From Trypanosoma brucei (taxonomy: Eukaryota): a stretch of 64,000 nucleotides of DNA. Below are positions 34,800 to 45,853 of this stretch, piece by piece (within the stretch, counting starts at the first letter, position 1; each line of letters opens with the position of its first letter). Both the position numbers and the translations under genes were made by a program. The stretch is from positions 4,160,001-4,224,000 of the forward strand of contig CH464491.1 of assembly GCA_000002445.1 (NCBI GenBank). The letters run 5' to 3'. The notes under the pieces are model-generated. The model did no database searches. It was given only the letters and a program-made list of their open reading frames with translations, and had not been told where the DNA came from.

Positions 34800-35801
34800 T
34801 CACTTAGAAGCGGCGCAGTAGGGACACATTCTGATGGCCCCCACCTCCTCATGTGGGTGACGCACCAAGGTTGCCAAACAAGCGGAGCAAAGCCACGCCA
34901 AATAACTCACGTTCTCCCCACTTGCAACGCCGGTTTGCGCGGGATCCTGAGGTAAGCAGGCAGGTGGCACCACGTAGCGCTCAACAAGAAGCTCCCGCTG
35001 CCGACGACTATTTGTAGCGCTGTCCATCTCCCGTTGGCCGTTCCGCCTAACAGCCAACTCCATCAAGTAGCCCACATGTGACAGTGCGAACTGAGGCGCC
35101 CAAATCCCTCCCGTAGTATTCGCAAGAGCCTGAAGACGCAACCCAAGTGCGCTAGAAACAACCGCCGGCCCGAAGACATGAACAGCAGTACGGAGTCTCG
35201 TAGCAGCTGTAACAGCTGCTGAGAAAGGACACTCTTCCGAGAAGGATAATGGCCGCGTGTCGCACACACCGCTAAATATAATCATCGCCACACCAGCAGG
35301 GACGAATGCGTCGCACACCTCTGCACCACACTCATCGAAACTCTCGCTAGGACACGTGGAATATGACCGAAGAAAGCAGCATGCAGCCAGTATGGCTCCA
35401 GCAAGACAGCGCCACACGCCCACAGGCTCGGCATCTTGTTTATCACTCACACGGATATCACCACACTGTAGAATCGCCCGCTGCAAATTCACCACCGAAC
35501 GGCCACTGAACCTGGGAGAAGCACGGTCACTGCCATCAGCTTCGTTAACGTTGCCGCTGTACTGCATCACAGCATCCTCTACAAACGAGTCGTACCGATT
35601 GTCGCTAACAGTCGACGTGTACGCATACCGCACACCTTCAACAGGGTTCGCGCGAATGACAGCTACCGTCGGAACGAAATCTGAAGAACATCCACGGACC
35701 GAACTGAAAAGTGCGGAGGCACAATGAGCTGCCTGAGAGAGAAGCGCAGAATCACACGAAACACCAGATGAATGCAGGATGAAAATATAGGATGGCATCA
35801 A
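34800..35801 (-). CDS. Possible TFIIH core subunit p34/Tfb4-like (vWA-like domain plus C-terminal C4 zinc finger)
   Basis: C-terminus YVVPPAC...YLAWLCSACLATLV...CPYCAASK parallels Tfb4/p34 ILPPP...YVCSVCLSIFC...CTTC. N-terminal YIFILHSS is like LLVIVVD. Confidence 0.5.
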   Translation of the reverse strand: MMPSYIFILHSSGVSCDSALLSQAAHCASALFSSVRGCSSDFVPTVAVIRANPVEGVRYAYTSTVSDNRYDSFVEDAVMQYSGNVNEADGSDRASPRFSGRSVVNLQRAILQCGDIRVSDKQDAEPVGVWRCLAGAILAACCFLRSYSTCPSESFDECGAEVCDAFVPAGVAMIIFSGVCDTRPLSFSEECPFSAAVTAATRLRTAVHVFGPAVVSSALGLRLQALANTTGGIWAPQFALSHVGYLMELAVRRNGQREMDSATNSRRQRELLVERYVVPPACLPQDPAQTGVASGENVSYLAWLCSACLATLVRHPHEEVGAIRMCPYCAASK

Positions 35802-36259
35802 TCTTGAAAGAGAGGCCAGATCACCGCAGCCCTTTGTCCAAAAAAAAAAAACTCACGATGTTTTTAATCACCCCCAGACACGATGGTGCCACGCCGTCGT
35901 CACTTCAGCTATCAATATACCTTCCCTGCCACTTACGCTCCGCACTACCGGCAGCACGGTCACACACAAAGCAAAAATGTTTAAAGGTGCGGATATATAC
36001 AAGAAAAGGTTAGAGACTGGATGTCACAAGAAAAAATAATTTGAGCGGTCACGCTCACCGAATACCCTCGCCGTTTATGTTATCCCTACAGACACCCAAG
36101 GGACTTTGTAACCCCATACCCAGAAATACATATAACAAAATATGGATATATGAAATTCAAAGGATTTTTCCGCCTTCAAATGTAACTGGGAAGAAATATG
36201 AGCGGGGTAACCTTTTTGTCGCATGTCTCCGTACCAAGTTTTGGGCAAATTAGCACACG

Positions 36260-37141
36260 CTACATGATGCTTTCACTGCGGCCCTCCAGCAACTTCACAG
36301 CGCGGGCAAATATTTGTTCCTTGATGTCGTTGACGGTACACACCGTACTGTAGTCGTCTATCGCCTCCTTTAGCTTCTCCGGGCTCTCGCACTCCATTGC
36401 CTCGATAATGGCTGTGATGAGCATATGCTCACGTGTGTACTCATTAAACTGTGGGTCAAGCTCTTGGTATTCAGTGAAGCGCTCTCGCACCGACTCCACG
36501 CCTACAGAAACGTTTTCGCTTGTCAATGTGGATAATTGCGATAACAGCGCCATGAAAAACAAATTCCTTGCGCCCAGTCGTGCTGCACGGTCGTCGAGTG
36601 CCTTGCGTGCCAGTCGGTCGTACATCATGAGTGCTCCTTCATAGTTCCCCCCCTTTATCATCTGCTCCGCCATCGACTTCAATACGTCAGCCGCCATTGT
36701 GTGTGATCCCTGAGCCTCGTAATATTTGGTAGCCCGATCCAGCCACTCCACCGCACGTTCATTAGAACCGAGGAGTTCGCTAAGGCTCAAGCATGCCTTT
36801 GCTGCCTTGACGTTTTGTCGCTTCCTGTCGTAGGTATCAACGATTTGCTCGTACAAGCGCGTGGCAGCTTTCACATCACCAGCCTTCGCATGACACCGGG
36901 CCGCTTCCTCGAGATCCACGATAAAGTCCACCTCGTTTTTATCTTTCTTGCATAACTCAGCCGCTCGCTCAAATACACGCGCAGCATTTGCAAAGTCACC
37001 GGCCGCCTTGTACTGTGTGCCCGCGGAAACAAGCTTTTCGTGGGCCTTCTCGTAGTTGCTGCCAGATCCCAAAAAGGAAAGCCAGCCCTTGTGGAGCAAC
37101 TTTTCCGCCTCCGCCACCAACTGTTCCGGGGGTTTAGACAT
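36260..37141 (-). CDS. Soluble NSF attachment protein (alpha/gamma-SNAP family)
   Basis: 293 aa, all TPR-like helical pairs. N-terminal AEKLL...GSNYEKAHEKLVSAGTQYKAAGDFANAARVFERAAEL pattern matches SNAP family. Confidence 0.65.
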   Translation of the reverse strand: MSKPPEQLVAEAEKLLHKGWLSFLGSGSNYEKAHEKLVSAGTQYKAAGDFANAARVFERAAELCKKDKNEVDFIVDLEEAARCHAKAGDVKAATRLYEQIVDTYDRKRQNVKAAKACLSLSELLGSNERAVEWLDRATKYYEAQGSHTMAADVLKSMAEQMIKGGNYEGALMMYDRLARKALDDRAARLGARNLFFMALLSQLSTLTSENVSVGVESVRERFTEYQELDPQFNEYTREHMLITAIIEAMECESPEKLKEAIDDYSTVCTVNDIKEQIFARAVKLLEGRSESIM

Positions 37142-37272
37142 GTACAGAAAAGGATGACTTCTCCTGATTGCAGCTTCAGCAGTATCAGATATTATGTCGA
37201 ACCCTTGTGTTCTTTATCCCTGAAAGGTTTCTCTTATCAGCCCCCTCACACTTCCCTTAATATACTTATGGG

Positions 37273-37297
37273 TATATATATATATATATATATATAT
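37273..37297. repeat. (TA)12 microsatellite
   Basis: Perfect run in the alpha-SNAP upstream intergenic region. Confidence 0.95.
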
Positions 37298-37923
37298 GTA
37301 CAAGCTCAATAAATCAACTTATGATAGGAGAAACGCTATTATCCAATCACCTTGCTTATATACTTATTTCCCTCTCCCTACTTTTGGTACTACTCGAGGA
37401 TTAGTTCCTCCTCTCGCCGCAGAGCAATGCCTTCGAAAGTGGCCCGCAGAGACTCTTTCAGCACGTTACAACTAAAAGAAAGGGTGAGCAAACAAAAAAA
37501 AAGAGTAACGGGGAAAAAGAGAAAACAAAAAAATTATTAAGAGGACAAAGCGATGAGTACCCGAATAATAAGAATATCTTAGGGAAACTTTGTGGTCCGC
37601 AAAAGACTCGCAACTTACGGAACGCACGACAAACTGCTCCTTTTCCCCATGGGGGAGCTCACAACCACACGCAACCCCCGAGAACATAATACACATGTGA
37701 CCCGAGAAGGGAACAGCAGCATAAATCGTGTGCTTCATACGTAAGCGTTATGCATACAAGAGCTTTTGAACATCCAGACTCAATATACATAGCAGGTAAC
37801 AAGTGATAATAAAGGCAGAGAAAGAAATGAAGAAGGGACCGTAATGGTTTGCAGACAGCCCCTCCCTCCTTCACGCACCCTTTTCCGCAGCAGCCATGAC
37901 ATTAAAAAAAAAAAAAACTTTCC

Positions 37924-37967
37924 CACACACACACACACAAACACACACAGAGAGAGAGAGAGAGAGA
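37924..37967. repeat. Compound (CA)n(GA)n microsatellite
   Basis: cacacacacacacaaacacacacagagagagagagagagaga. Confidence 0.95.
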
Positions 37968-38986
37968 CACTGACACAACAGAACCACGCCGACTCATGGA
38001 CACTGTTGCAGGCAGTGAAGGCGCACACACAAAAAAAAATGTACGTGGGACGCGACTTTTTCCTCCTCTGTGCTCTGTTGTTGTTGTTGCCTTTTCACTC
38101 CACTCTGTAATCGTCTACATTTCGTTCATCCTCCCCCCCCCGCTCCCTTTTTTTCCCCGCCAGGACAGTTCGCGAAGAATTGGAAGAAGAGAGCAATAGG
38201 GACCTCAGCTCACAGCTGCAGATTTGTGCAATGAAGCAAACAAACAAAATAGAGCCCCATGTACAACCGCAGGAGGTGGGGAGTCAATGATCAAGAAGAA
38301 AAAGTGAGGCAGCGGAGGTAACGACACACTTCAGTGAGCGCAGAGAAAATAATGAAAGACTGAGATGAAGTACAGGAGAAAAAAGAAAAGTTCGGACGCA
38401 CTACCTGAAAAGGGCATATTCCACCTGGCGTCACCATATAAGAAGCAGTCCACATACCTGCTACTGGTCACTCTTCTCCTTCCCCCTCAATTATTATTAC
38501 TCTCCCCTCGATACTTTTCTTATCTTATCCTTCTCACTCTTTTTCTTTTTTTTTTAATTTTCTCCCTTGCATTTTCTTTGATTGCTGCCTCAATTTCCTT
38601 TACATTCTCTTCCTTATAAAGCGGATAAAATCATTTTGCTGTGGGTGGATTCGTAGTCCGCTTAAACGCAGCGTGATTTCAAAGTTTCTTTCTCTCTTCT
38701 TCCTCTCCCAGGGGATAAAAAGAAATATGAGTACGAAGCGCCCAACAGGAAAAAGACACATAAACGCATACACATAACGCACAAAACACAGCGGCTGAGG
38801 CAGCGAATCACACACCTTGACGGTTATTCGTGCCCGCAGCAAACAGCTGGACGGATAAAGGGGAAGAGAACGTAAACAGAGTACAGAAAAGTAAAAGGTC
38901 AACATCACGGAGGCACAAAAGGGTAGGATCACCGAGACCTGTCGTACAGGTGGGTACGTTTTTTTTTTTGAAAAACTGACATGGCT

Positions 38987-40891
38987 TTACTTTCTGCGGA
39001 GTATAGGCGGAGCATCGGCAAACTGATCCTTCAGGTCACGCTTTCGGCGCTGTCCCTTTTCTTCACGCAGCCGCTTTGAAAGTAGACGCTGCTGCATCTG
39101 CTGTCGCAACTCCTCATGCGAGACGACGGGATCACCGTCATGGTCATCCTTCCCCTCAACACTTTCGTCCCCGTACAGTTGAGCGCTTGGAAGGACTGAA
39201 CAACGGACAAACTTCGCTGCAGTGCCGTCCTTTCTTACAGGCAAGTTCAGTACGGGACTAAAGTCTGCTGTTCCCTCAACCAATGCCTGTAATAGACGGA
39301 CGTCCACTTTACTACCAGAACTACCTTCACCGCCCTCCTCCTTAACCGCACTCACAATGCCCCTAGTGTTTTCCGCCCCACCGGCCGCCGCCGCGTTTCC
39401 GCCTCTGTCCCCATCGGTTTCCTTCTCCTTACCAGGGAGATAAGTCTGATCATCGCCCGCGCCAATCGGCAAAGTCCGCTTGGAACCATCCGCCCCTTCT
39501 TCTGCGGCCTTTTGTTCTTGTAGCATCGCCTCCGTTCGTTTATATAGCTGGTAAGTGCACAATATCCTCGTAGCTCGTTCCTCTATAAGGCCAAGAAACT
39601 TCAACTGAGTGGATTCCGTACAGTGGTCCGATCCGACCAGGCGTCGGGCTTCCTCCGCTGAGCATCCAATCCGCTTGAAAACACCCTCTGTGGTCTCGCG
39701 AATCCTGGCGAGAACCTCTTTGTGAACTTCAGCAGAGCGATTAAGACGATCTAGCATGAGCTCTGTCTCGGCCAGACGATCTTCGTATTCCTTGATGAGG
39801 CGGCGCTGCTGAACGTCATGCTCGTGTTCTTCCGCGATTACCTTCTTCAGCGTGTGTATATCCCGTTCCATCTCCTCTCGACTGGTAGTTAGTTCGTTGA
39901 TACGCTTGTAAAGGGAGAAGTTACTCTCACCAACAACCTGGTAAGTCTGAGCCAGCTTTTGCAAATCACCATCTGGAGCGAACATGGACAGTTGCGCGGG
40001 AATGTCCATAATCTCTGATCCCACCTCAGCGGAAGACATACCATCGGAAGCATCCTCTCCATCTTCCGTAAATGGGGTAGGGGCATGAGTGTTTGCAACA
40101 GGGAGGTTTTTGCCCACGCCGCTGTGATCTACCGTAGGGTTTGGCATGTAGGAACGCGCCTCAAATTCAATTTGCCGCCGGTGGAGTTCATCTCGCATTC
40201 TGTTGATGTCGATCATGCATACATCCAAGTTACGCACAGCGGTGTCATATTCCTCCTTCTGCTCGCTAAGCGCTGTTCTAAGCTGCTCCACCTGCTGCAG
40301 GTAGCCGTCTCGTTCATCCAGGTCGTGGTTTGACTGTTCAATCCGTTCCGACATGATTTTTTTCTTAGATCTCAGATCGTCCTCCATCTTCTTGTGTACA
40401 CGTTGAAAAACGCGCCGTTCCCCGCGAATTATATCGATGTGATCGCGCAGCTCTTTGTTATAGGAAACAGCGTCGTTAAACCTCGCGAGCGCTTGATCTA
40501 GGCGGTTTTCTAGTATCTCCAGCTGGCGTTGTACCGCTCGAACATTTTCTTGCTCTGCGTTCACACCCCCCTTTAGCTTGGAACCCTGCATAAGGTCAAT
40601 GCGAGCTAGCTGATACTGCTTGGTAAGCTCGTTCAAATGCATCTTTTCAAATTGATACCGCTGCTCCAGTGAGTCCACCTCAGTTTTTAGGGCTGCATAT
40701 TTATCCGCTTTAACATAATCATACTGCTCCCCGGAGGCAACAGCTATTTCCTTCTTCAACCTTTCATTCTCGCTAGTCAGTTTCTGCACCGCCTCTTGCT
40801 GACGCATAATTTCATCCTGGGCAGCAACAATGTTACTCGCCATCAGGCAACGGCGCTCATCCATGTCTTTTAACAGCTGGCTCGGAGGCAT
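38987..40891 (-). CDS. Coiled-coil protein, axonemal docking/regulatory-complex type (ODAD1/CCDC114-CCDC63-like)
   Basis: Almost entirely heptad coiled coil. GGVNAEQENVRAVQRQLEILENRLDQALARFNDAVSYNKELRDHIDIIRGERRVF block resembles ciliary CCDC63/114 family. Confidence 0.5.
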   Translation of the reverse strand: MPPSQLLKDMDERRCLMASNIVAAQDEIMRQQEAVQKLTSENERLKKEIAVASGEQYDYVKADKYAALKTEVDSLEQRYQFEKMHLNELTKQYQLARIDLMQGSKLKGGVNAEQENVRAVQRQLEILENRLDQALARFNDAVSYNKELRDHIDIIRGERRVFQRVHKKMEDDLRSKKKIMSERIEQSNHDLDERDGYLQQVEQLRTALSEQKEEYDTAVRNLDVCMIDINRMRDELHRRQIEFEARSYMPNPTVDHSGVGKNLPVANTHAPTPFTEDGEDASDGMSSAEVGSEIMDIPAQLSMFAPDGDLQKLAQTYQVVGESNFSLYKRINELTTSREEMERDIHTLKKVIAEEHEHDVQQRRLIKEYEDRLAETELMLDRLNRSAEVHKEVLARIRETTEGVFKRIGCSAEEARRLVGSDHCTESTQLKFLGLIEERATRILCTYQLYKRTEAMLQEQKAAEEGADGSKRTLPIGAGDDQTYLPGKEKETDGDRGGNAAAAGGAENTRGIVSAVKEEGGEGSSGSKVDVRLLQALVEGTADFSPVLNLPVRKDGTAAKFVRCSVLPSAQLYGDESVEGKDDHDGDPVVSHEELRQQMQQRLLSKRLREEKGQRRKRDLKDQFADAPPILRRK

Positions 40892-41873
40892 AGCGTAACG
40901 GTCACAAGTTGTGTGTTTGATAGAGTTAAATAGCTCCTGTTCCTACTTCAACGAATAAAAAGGGAGGAAAACACGTGGGAAGGAAGAGGATGAAAACAAG
41001 TAGACGACGGCGAGCAGAGTAAACAACAGGGAAAGAACGTGGCATCATTCAATACGGGATATAGAATGTGCGCAAGACATTTAATTTGCTTCGTATTCTC
41101 TATCGCAACCTTGTCCAAAGATTGTGAAGGAGTAGCCGCATGCATCACCGTAACGAATATTCACTTGTGCACACCCATGAGCAGGAGAGCCACTTCGGAC
41201 GGCAGGGTTCGATTATAAACAGGTTCAGCGGATAAGGTGAAGCCTGGCAGCCTACAGCATCGCATCGTTGCCCGCATCTGCGCACAACGAACATACCGGA
41301 TTCGGTGGCACACACGCTTACTTATATTTATGTTCACAACTTCCCTCATTCACTGGCATAAACTTCCCCTAATATTTCTCCTCCACATATACACGCGTCC
41401 GCGCGCACCCGTTTCCTTTCAATCAGTTCATTCATTAAAGCTCCACCACCACCACCTTCCAACGCTTCATTCCCCGTCCCATCCACAGCGTCCTCCACCC
41501 GCCTGATGGTTATAGAATGAACACACAAATAATTACAGTGGTAACAAAGAAAATGGGGATAAAATAATAACAATAGCAACGGAAAAGAGGGGGGAAAGAA
41601 TTTTCCTCGTCAAAATGATATTTAAAAAAAAAAGACAAAAAGTTTTCGGGTGTATTCCACCACCACCACGCACACAAAGAACACACGAAGCACACCAATT
41701 GGGGAACTAATAAGAGGAGCTTTAGGGAAAGAAATTGAATGGCAGGCCCCGATGAGGAGGGGGCGTGAAATAAATAAGCATAAACAAGTAAGCAGACGAA
41801 TAATAACCGTGGAGCGCGCTGTTCATAGACAGCTGCCTACGCCCATGCTCCGGCTCATATCATGTCTCAGCCG

Positions 41874-44800
41874 TCAGCCCTCAACTAACTGCTCGTAGCA
41901 CAAAATATACGCATCTCCTGCAGCGGGCCATGCCCACGGCCCTTTGTCCCTGACCATCACACTAGAATCATCGCAGCAAAACCACTGTTTGGTGGCTTTG
42001 CTGAATCTCGCCGCTGTGTAGTGCCCATATGACAAACCCCCTCGGTGGAAGACAACGCCGACCAACTTGTACTTTGTGTGCTTTTCTGGCGATTCCTCGT
42101 CCATGAACTGTTTCATGTCCAGTTCTTCGCTAAACCTTACAAACGCAGTATCCTTTGTTACTCCACGTATGTCTAATTTGAACCGCTTGAGAGAAATAAT
42201 AAGACACGGTGGAAGACGGAATAGTCGTCTTTCCACGCGCCCATCACAGAAACCCCCACATTTACTGCAGTTTAAACTATTCTCCCCGGTGAGGATGTCG
42301 GACGAAAAAGTACTTTTCAGACACTCATGAACGTCAACCGCCTCCTTGTTAGTTCCATTGCAACTATAAAATGTGGGCTCACCTGGAAAAGGGCTGCTGC
42401 CCACCGAATGAAAGTTCGTGACACGGATCGCATCACTAAGTTGCATCATTTGATCATCGTACTGTATGACAACGCGGGAGTCCATCGAGAGAGTAAGTGG
42501 CAGATCGCCCGAATCAATCCAGTCGCGGCCGTCCCCAGTGTCTTCAAGATTGAGATAGTAGCCGTTATCCCCCATGGTGGAACAGAACCACACCCTGAGA
42601 TTTTTTTTCGGACCGCGCTGCAGATGTTTGTTTTCTCCACCATCCTGTTCAAGCGACGTACATTGGTCAACGCAGCCCAGTTTCCAGCTCAAAAAGTGAT
42701 CACCCAAATTGACACTTCGTTCGATAATGTAGGCCAGGGACGATTTTCTGTCACCCAAAGCATCAACCGACGAACACTCCACATGACAGAGCAGTGCATC
42801 GCGGGGGGACGAACTACCTTGGGGTTGAAGAAAGTACCAGATGTACACACACTGATCTTTCATCTCCCTTTGCTGCTGGAATTCATTGCACATTGGCTGC
42901 GCTTCTGCAAATTCCTCCGTACTGTTCCTGTTGGCTAGCGACGGCCCCGTCGGAAGAACACGCTTTTCCCCCGCCCCAAGCCCTGCACCCCTCCAAAGGA
43001 CTGCGGCGTGAAGTACGTGTCCCCCATCTGAAAAGCACGTGTGGGAATCCGCACATAGAACAGCCCGATAATCCCCAAGTGATTGTTTGTTGTCTTGTCC
43101 CTTCCCTTTAAGGGGCGCCTGAGCTTCGGGGCAGCCGACTGAGGTAGCCATGGAAGAAAAGAAATCCGTATTCGTAGAGTGTAGGCGTTCCCATATTTCC
43201 TTCTCGATATCCGACGCACGAACACGGTCGTCGGAACCGCAGGCCACCTTCACCTGCACTCGACGCACAAGCTCTCCCGGTAGAAGAACATCAACGTCAA
43301 ATACACGTCGGGTTGGTGGCGCTATAGTGGCAACTAACGTAGAGCCGTTGTCAAATACTGTACTCGTCCCCTTGCAATTGCAGCAAACGAAAAAGTGAAC
43401 TGACTGATGAGAAAAAAGTTGTGGAACAAAGCTTTGGTTGTTGGCCTTTGCATCCTCCCAAAAGCAATTCGCCAGCTTACTTTTGGGAATGTCCTTGTCA
43501 GTATCTAGGCGTTCCCTATAGCGCTTCCCGTACACGTGGTTCATTTCCTCATGTATGCGGTCAAGCAACACTTCAATAAACTCAACGGCATCCTGTTGCT
43601 CGTACGTATTGAAGCGTCTTTCCACGGACCCAATGGCCGTCTTCAAGGGGAGGGTCTTCGCAACTCTTCTCCCAGCGAGCATATCACGAAGAAGGTTGAC
43701 AAACTCACGTGTAATTGATAGATTGGCGTACTCTGAGAGACGAAGGGAGAAAAGTAAACGGCACACGGCCCCTAAACTTAACAGACATTGTAGAGCGCTG
43801 TTCATGTAACACGTGTTGCCAACGTTCGTTAGGCCACAAAAACCAGGTCCTGCAGGTGATGTCAGTCCCGCTGGGTGGCGAACAAGTAGCGACACTCGAA
43901 GAACTGGCCCACAATGGTCAGTGACCACTTCGGTAGAGCTACGAAAGTCACCAAGTAAATCTTCTACTGTCTTTCCATCCACAACTTCCACCAACCGAGA
44001 AGCCTGTAGCTCCTTACCGTGAACGTGGGTGACGCACATCTCAATAACATTGTCCGGGCGCGTAAGGCCGAAAAGCTCCATCCCATTCTCCCACCCGTAC
44101 TGGTGTTTATCCAGTAATTCACCTATAGCGCGCCGCGACACCTCCGACAACGACGCCCGCGGTAACACATCATCCAAGAGCAAAGAATCCACTCTCAGCT
44201 GGCCTTCTCGATCGGATCCCTCAAACGTGACGGCAATGGATACACGCTTCGGCTTCAGCAGCTCCATAATCTTACTCTTGTTACGAAATTTACCCATCAC
44301 TATGTATTTTGCCCCTCCACCAAACAGCGACCACAGGTAGTCAAACAGATCTTCAGGGATAACATCTACGCCACCGTCATCATACTGGACCATATGTTTG
44401 CTTGGATCCTCAGCAGTGACCCTCAACACACGCGAGATGTCAAAAGGACCTGGAGCACATGGGACGGGAGAATAATCCATCTGTGAGACTGGTGTAAGCG
44501 ACTGTGATGGGCATCGAAGTGGCAACAACGGCACCTCATCGCGATCTGTGAGCCACCGCAGGAGTTCGTCCATCCATTCAACGGGAAAGAGTATGCCCCT
44601 CCCCGATCCAGTCTCCTCCTCCCACCGATTGATTCGAGCTACCATATAGTAAACATGAAACGCTAGTTCTGCCTTATCGACCGTGGCATCATTCCAGACC
44701 AACTGCAGAGGGTGGCGCGAAGAGACCGCGAACACTAAATAAGGAAACGTGCTTAGCCCCCATCTGTTGACGTCTTGAAGAAGTAATGCCTTAAGCTCTT

Positions 44801-45428
44801 CCATGCTTAACGGTACCTGGGCGGTTGAAAAGGGACCACGACTCGACCCTATGTCACCAACAAACCGCCTACTGATGGAAAGCAGACGCTCGTGTACATC
44901 ATCGAAAGAGCACAAGGGAGCCGCCCCCAAGGCAGAATAACACCTCCTTAAAACGCCTGCCAACTCCGTCATGCCACAAACAAGGTTACCTCTGGCGTTA
45001 TTCAAGCTGGCCCCGTTATCCGCTGCGGGGAATGTATCCCTACTCACGAGTTCCTCCAGTGCAGGGTCCACTGACGAGAAAGCCTTCTCAGAAGCATCGC
45101 GTAGAAGAGCAACCCACGGCAAATCAAATACAGCCACACCTTCCTTGAAGGTCGTTACAACGTGGCTGCTGCGCAATAACGCCCCGGCTAAGCCCAGTGG
45201 ATCCAAAGCTTCCCCGAGTCGCTTTACCAGTGCTTCTACATACCCGTCCAGTGGGTTCACTAGAGGATCTTGGATGGGTGATTTAGGGCAAACAGACCCT
45301 TTAAACGCTGGCATTCCGTCCATGTCATACTGAACACAACCGGAGGCATGTGGCGCAACGTCTGATCCCTCATCTGCGGTGGTCGTGTCACCTGATGGCG
45401 CTTCGGAAGCGAACCCCCCCGACCGCAT
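41874..45428 (-). CDS. Ubiquitin carboxyl-terminal hydrolase (USP/UBP family, C19 peptidase) with about 520-aa N-terminal extension
   Basis: Cys box GLTNVGNTCYMNSALQCL. His box YGHYTAARFSKATKQWFCCDDSSV near C-terminus. Confidence 0.9.
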   Translation of the reverse strand: MRSGGFASEAPSGDTTTADEGSDVAPHASGCVQYDMDGMPAFKGSVCPKSPIQDPLVNPLDGYVEALVKRLGEALDPLGLAGALLRSSHVVTTFKEGVAVFDLPWVALLRDASEKAFSSVDPALEELVSRDTFPAADNGASLNNARGNLVCGMTELAGVLRRCYSALGAAPLCSFDDVHERLLSISRRFVGDIGSSRGPFSTAQVPLSMEELKALLLQDVNRWGLSTFPYLVFAVSSRHPLQLVWNDATVDKAELAFHVYYMVARINRWEEETGSGRGILFPVEWMDELLRWLTDRDEVPLLPLRCPSQSLTPVSQMDYSPVPCAPGPFDISRVLRVTAEDPSKHMVQYDDGGVDVIPEDLFDYLWSLFGGGAKYIVMGKFRNKSKIMELLKPKRVSIAVTFEGSDREGQLRVDSLLLDDVLPRASLSEVSRRAIGELLDKHQYGWENGMELFGLTRPDNVIEMCVTHVHGKELQASRLVEVVDGKTVEDLLGDFRSSTEVVTDHCGPVLRVSLLVRHPAGLTSPAGPGFCGLTNVGNTCYMNSALQCLLSLGAVCRLLFSLRLSEYANLSITREFVNLLRDMLAGRRVAKTLPLKTAIGSVERRFNTYEQQDAVEFIEVLLDRIHEEMNHVYGKRYRERLDTDKDIPKSKLANCFWEDAKANNQSFVPQLFSHQSVHFFVCCNCKGTSTVFDNGSTLVATIAPPTRRVFDVDVLLPGELVRRVQVKVACGSDDRVRASDIEKEIWERLHSTNTDFFSSMATSVGCPEAQAPLKGKGQDNKQSLGDYRAVLCADSHTCFSDGGHVLHAAVLWRGAGLGAGEKRVLPTGPSLANRNSTEEFAEAQPMCNEFQQQREMKDQCVYIWYFLQPQGSSSPRDALLCHVECSSVDALGDRKSSLAYIIERSVNLGDHFLSWKLGCVDQCTSLEQDGGENKHLQRGPKKNLRVWFCSTMGDNGYYLNLEDTGDGRDWIDSGDLPLTLSMDSRVVIQYDDQMMQLSDAIRVTNFHSVGSSPFPGEPTFYSCNGTNKEAVDVHECLKSTFSSDILTGENSLNCSKCGGFCDGRVERRLFRLPPCLIISLKRFKLDIRGVTKDTAFVRFSEELDMKQFMDEESPEKHTKYKLVGVVFHRGGLSYGHYTAARFSKATKQWFCCDDSSVMVRDKGPWAWPAAGDAYILCYEQLVEG

Positions 45429-45853
45429 CGACGAAACGTCACTCGACAGTCTGAAGCAGCCGCGGGGAGATGTGAACCGTAGAAACGGTAGTATATGATG
45501 CCTGCAAATCTACCTACGACCGCCCTGCCTGTTTGGTAGGTTCAGAGTCGGGAAGTGCTTGAATATTATGGGACCTCTTCCCTGTAGTGGTGACTCTGGT
45601 CGTATGAAAAATTATTGGATGAAAGAGTTTCAGAAAGGCAGCAGAGCAGCGGTTAATGCACAAGGAAACGTGTTGTGAGATATTAGGGAGAGCAGTAGCT
45701 TTCACAACCAGGCTGAGGCACGAAATGAAGCAGGGCGGTCTGCCCTATTCGCGTCCGTGTGTGAAGAGACATAGCCCACGAGGAAAGGTATTTGGTACCG
45801 ATACCATACTAAAATCGGTCCCTTCACATCTCACAGCTCTTCGAATAATGATT

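Noticed and set aside
41200-41215. GGGTTCGATT T-loop-like motif
   Set aside because: No acceptor-stem / anticodon structure around it, and it lies in the USP gene 3' flank. Not a tRNA.
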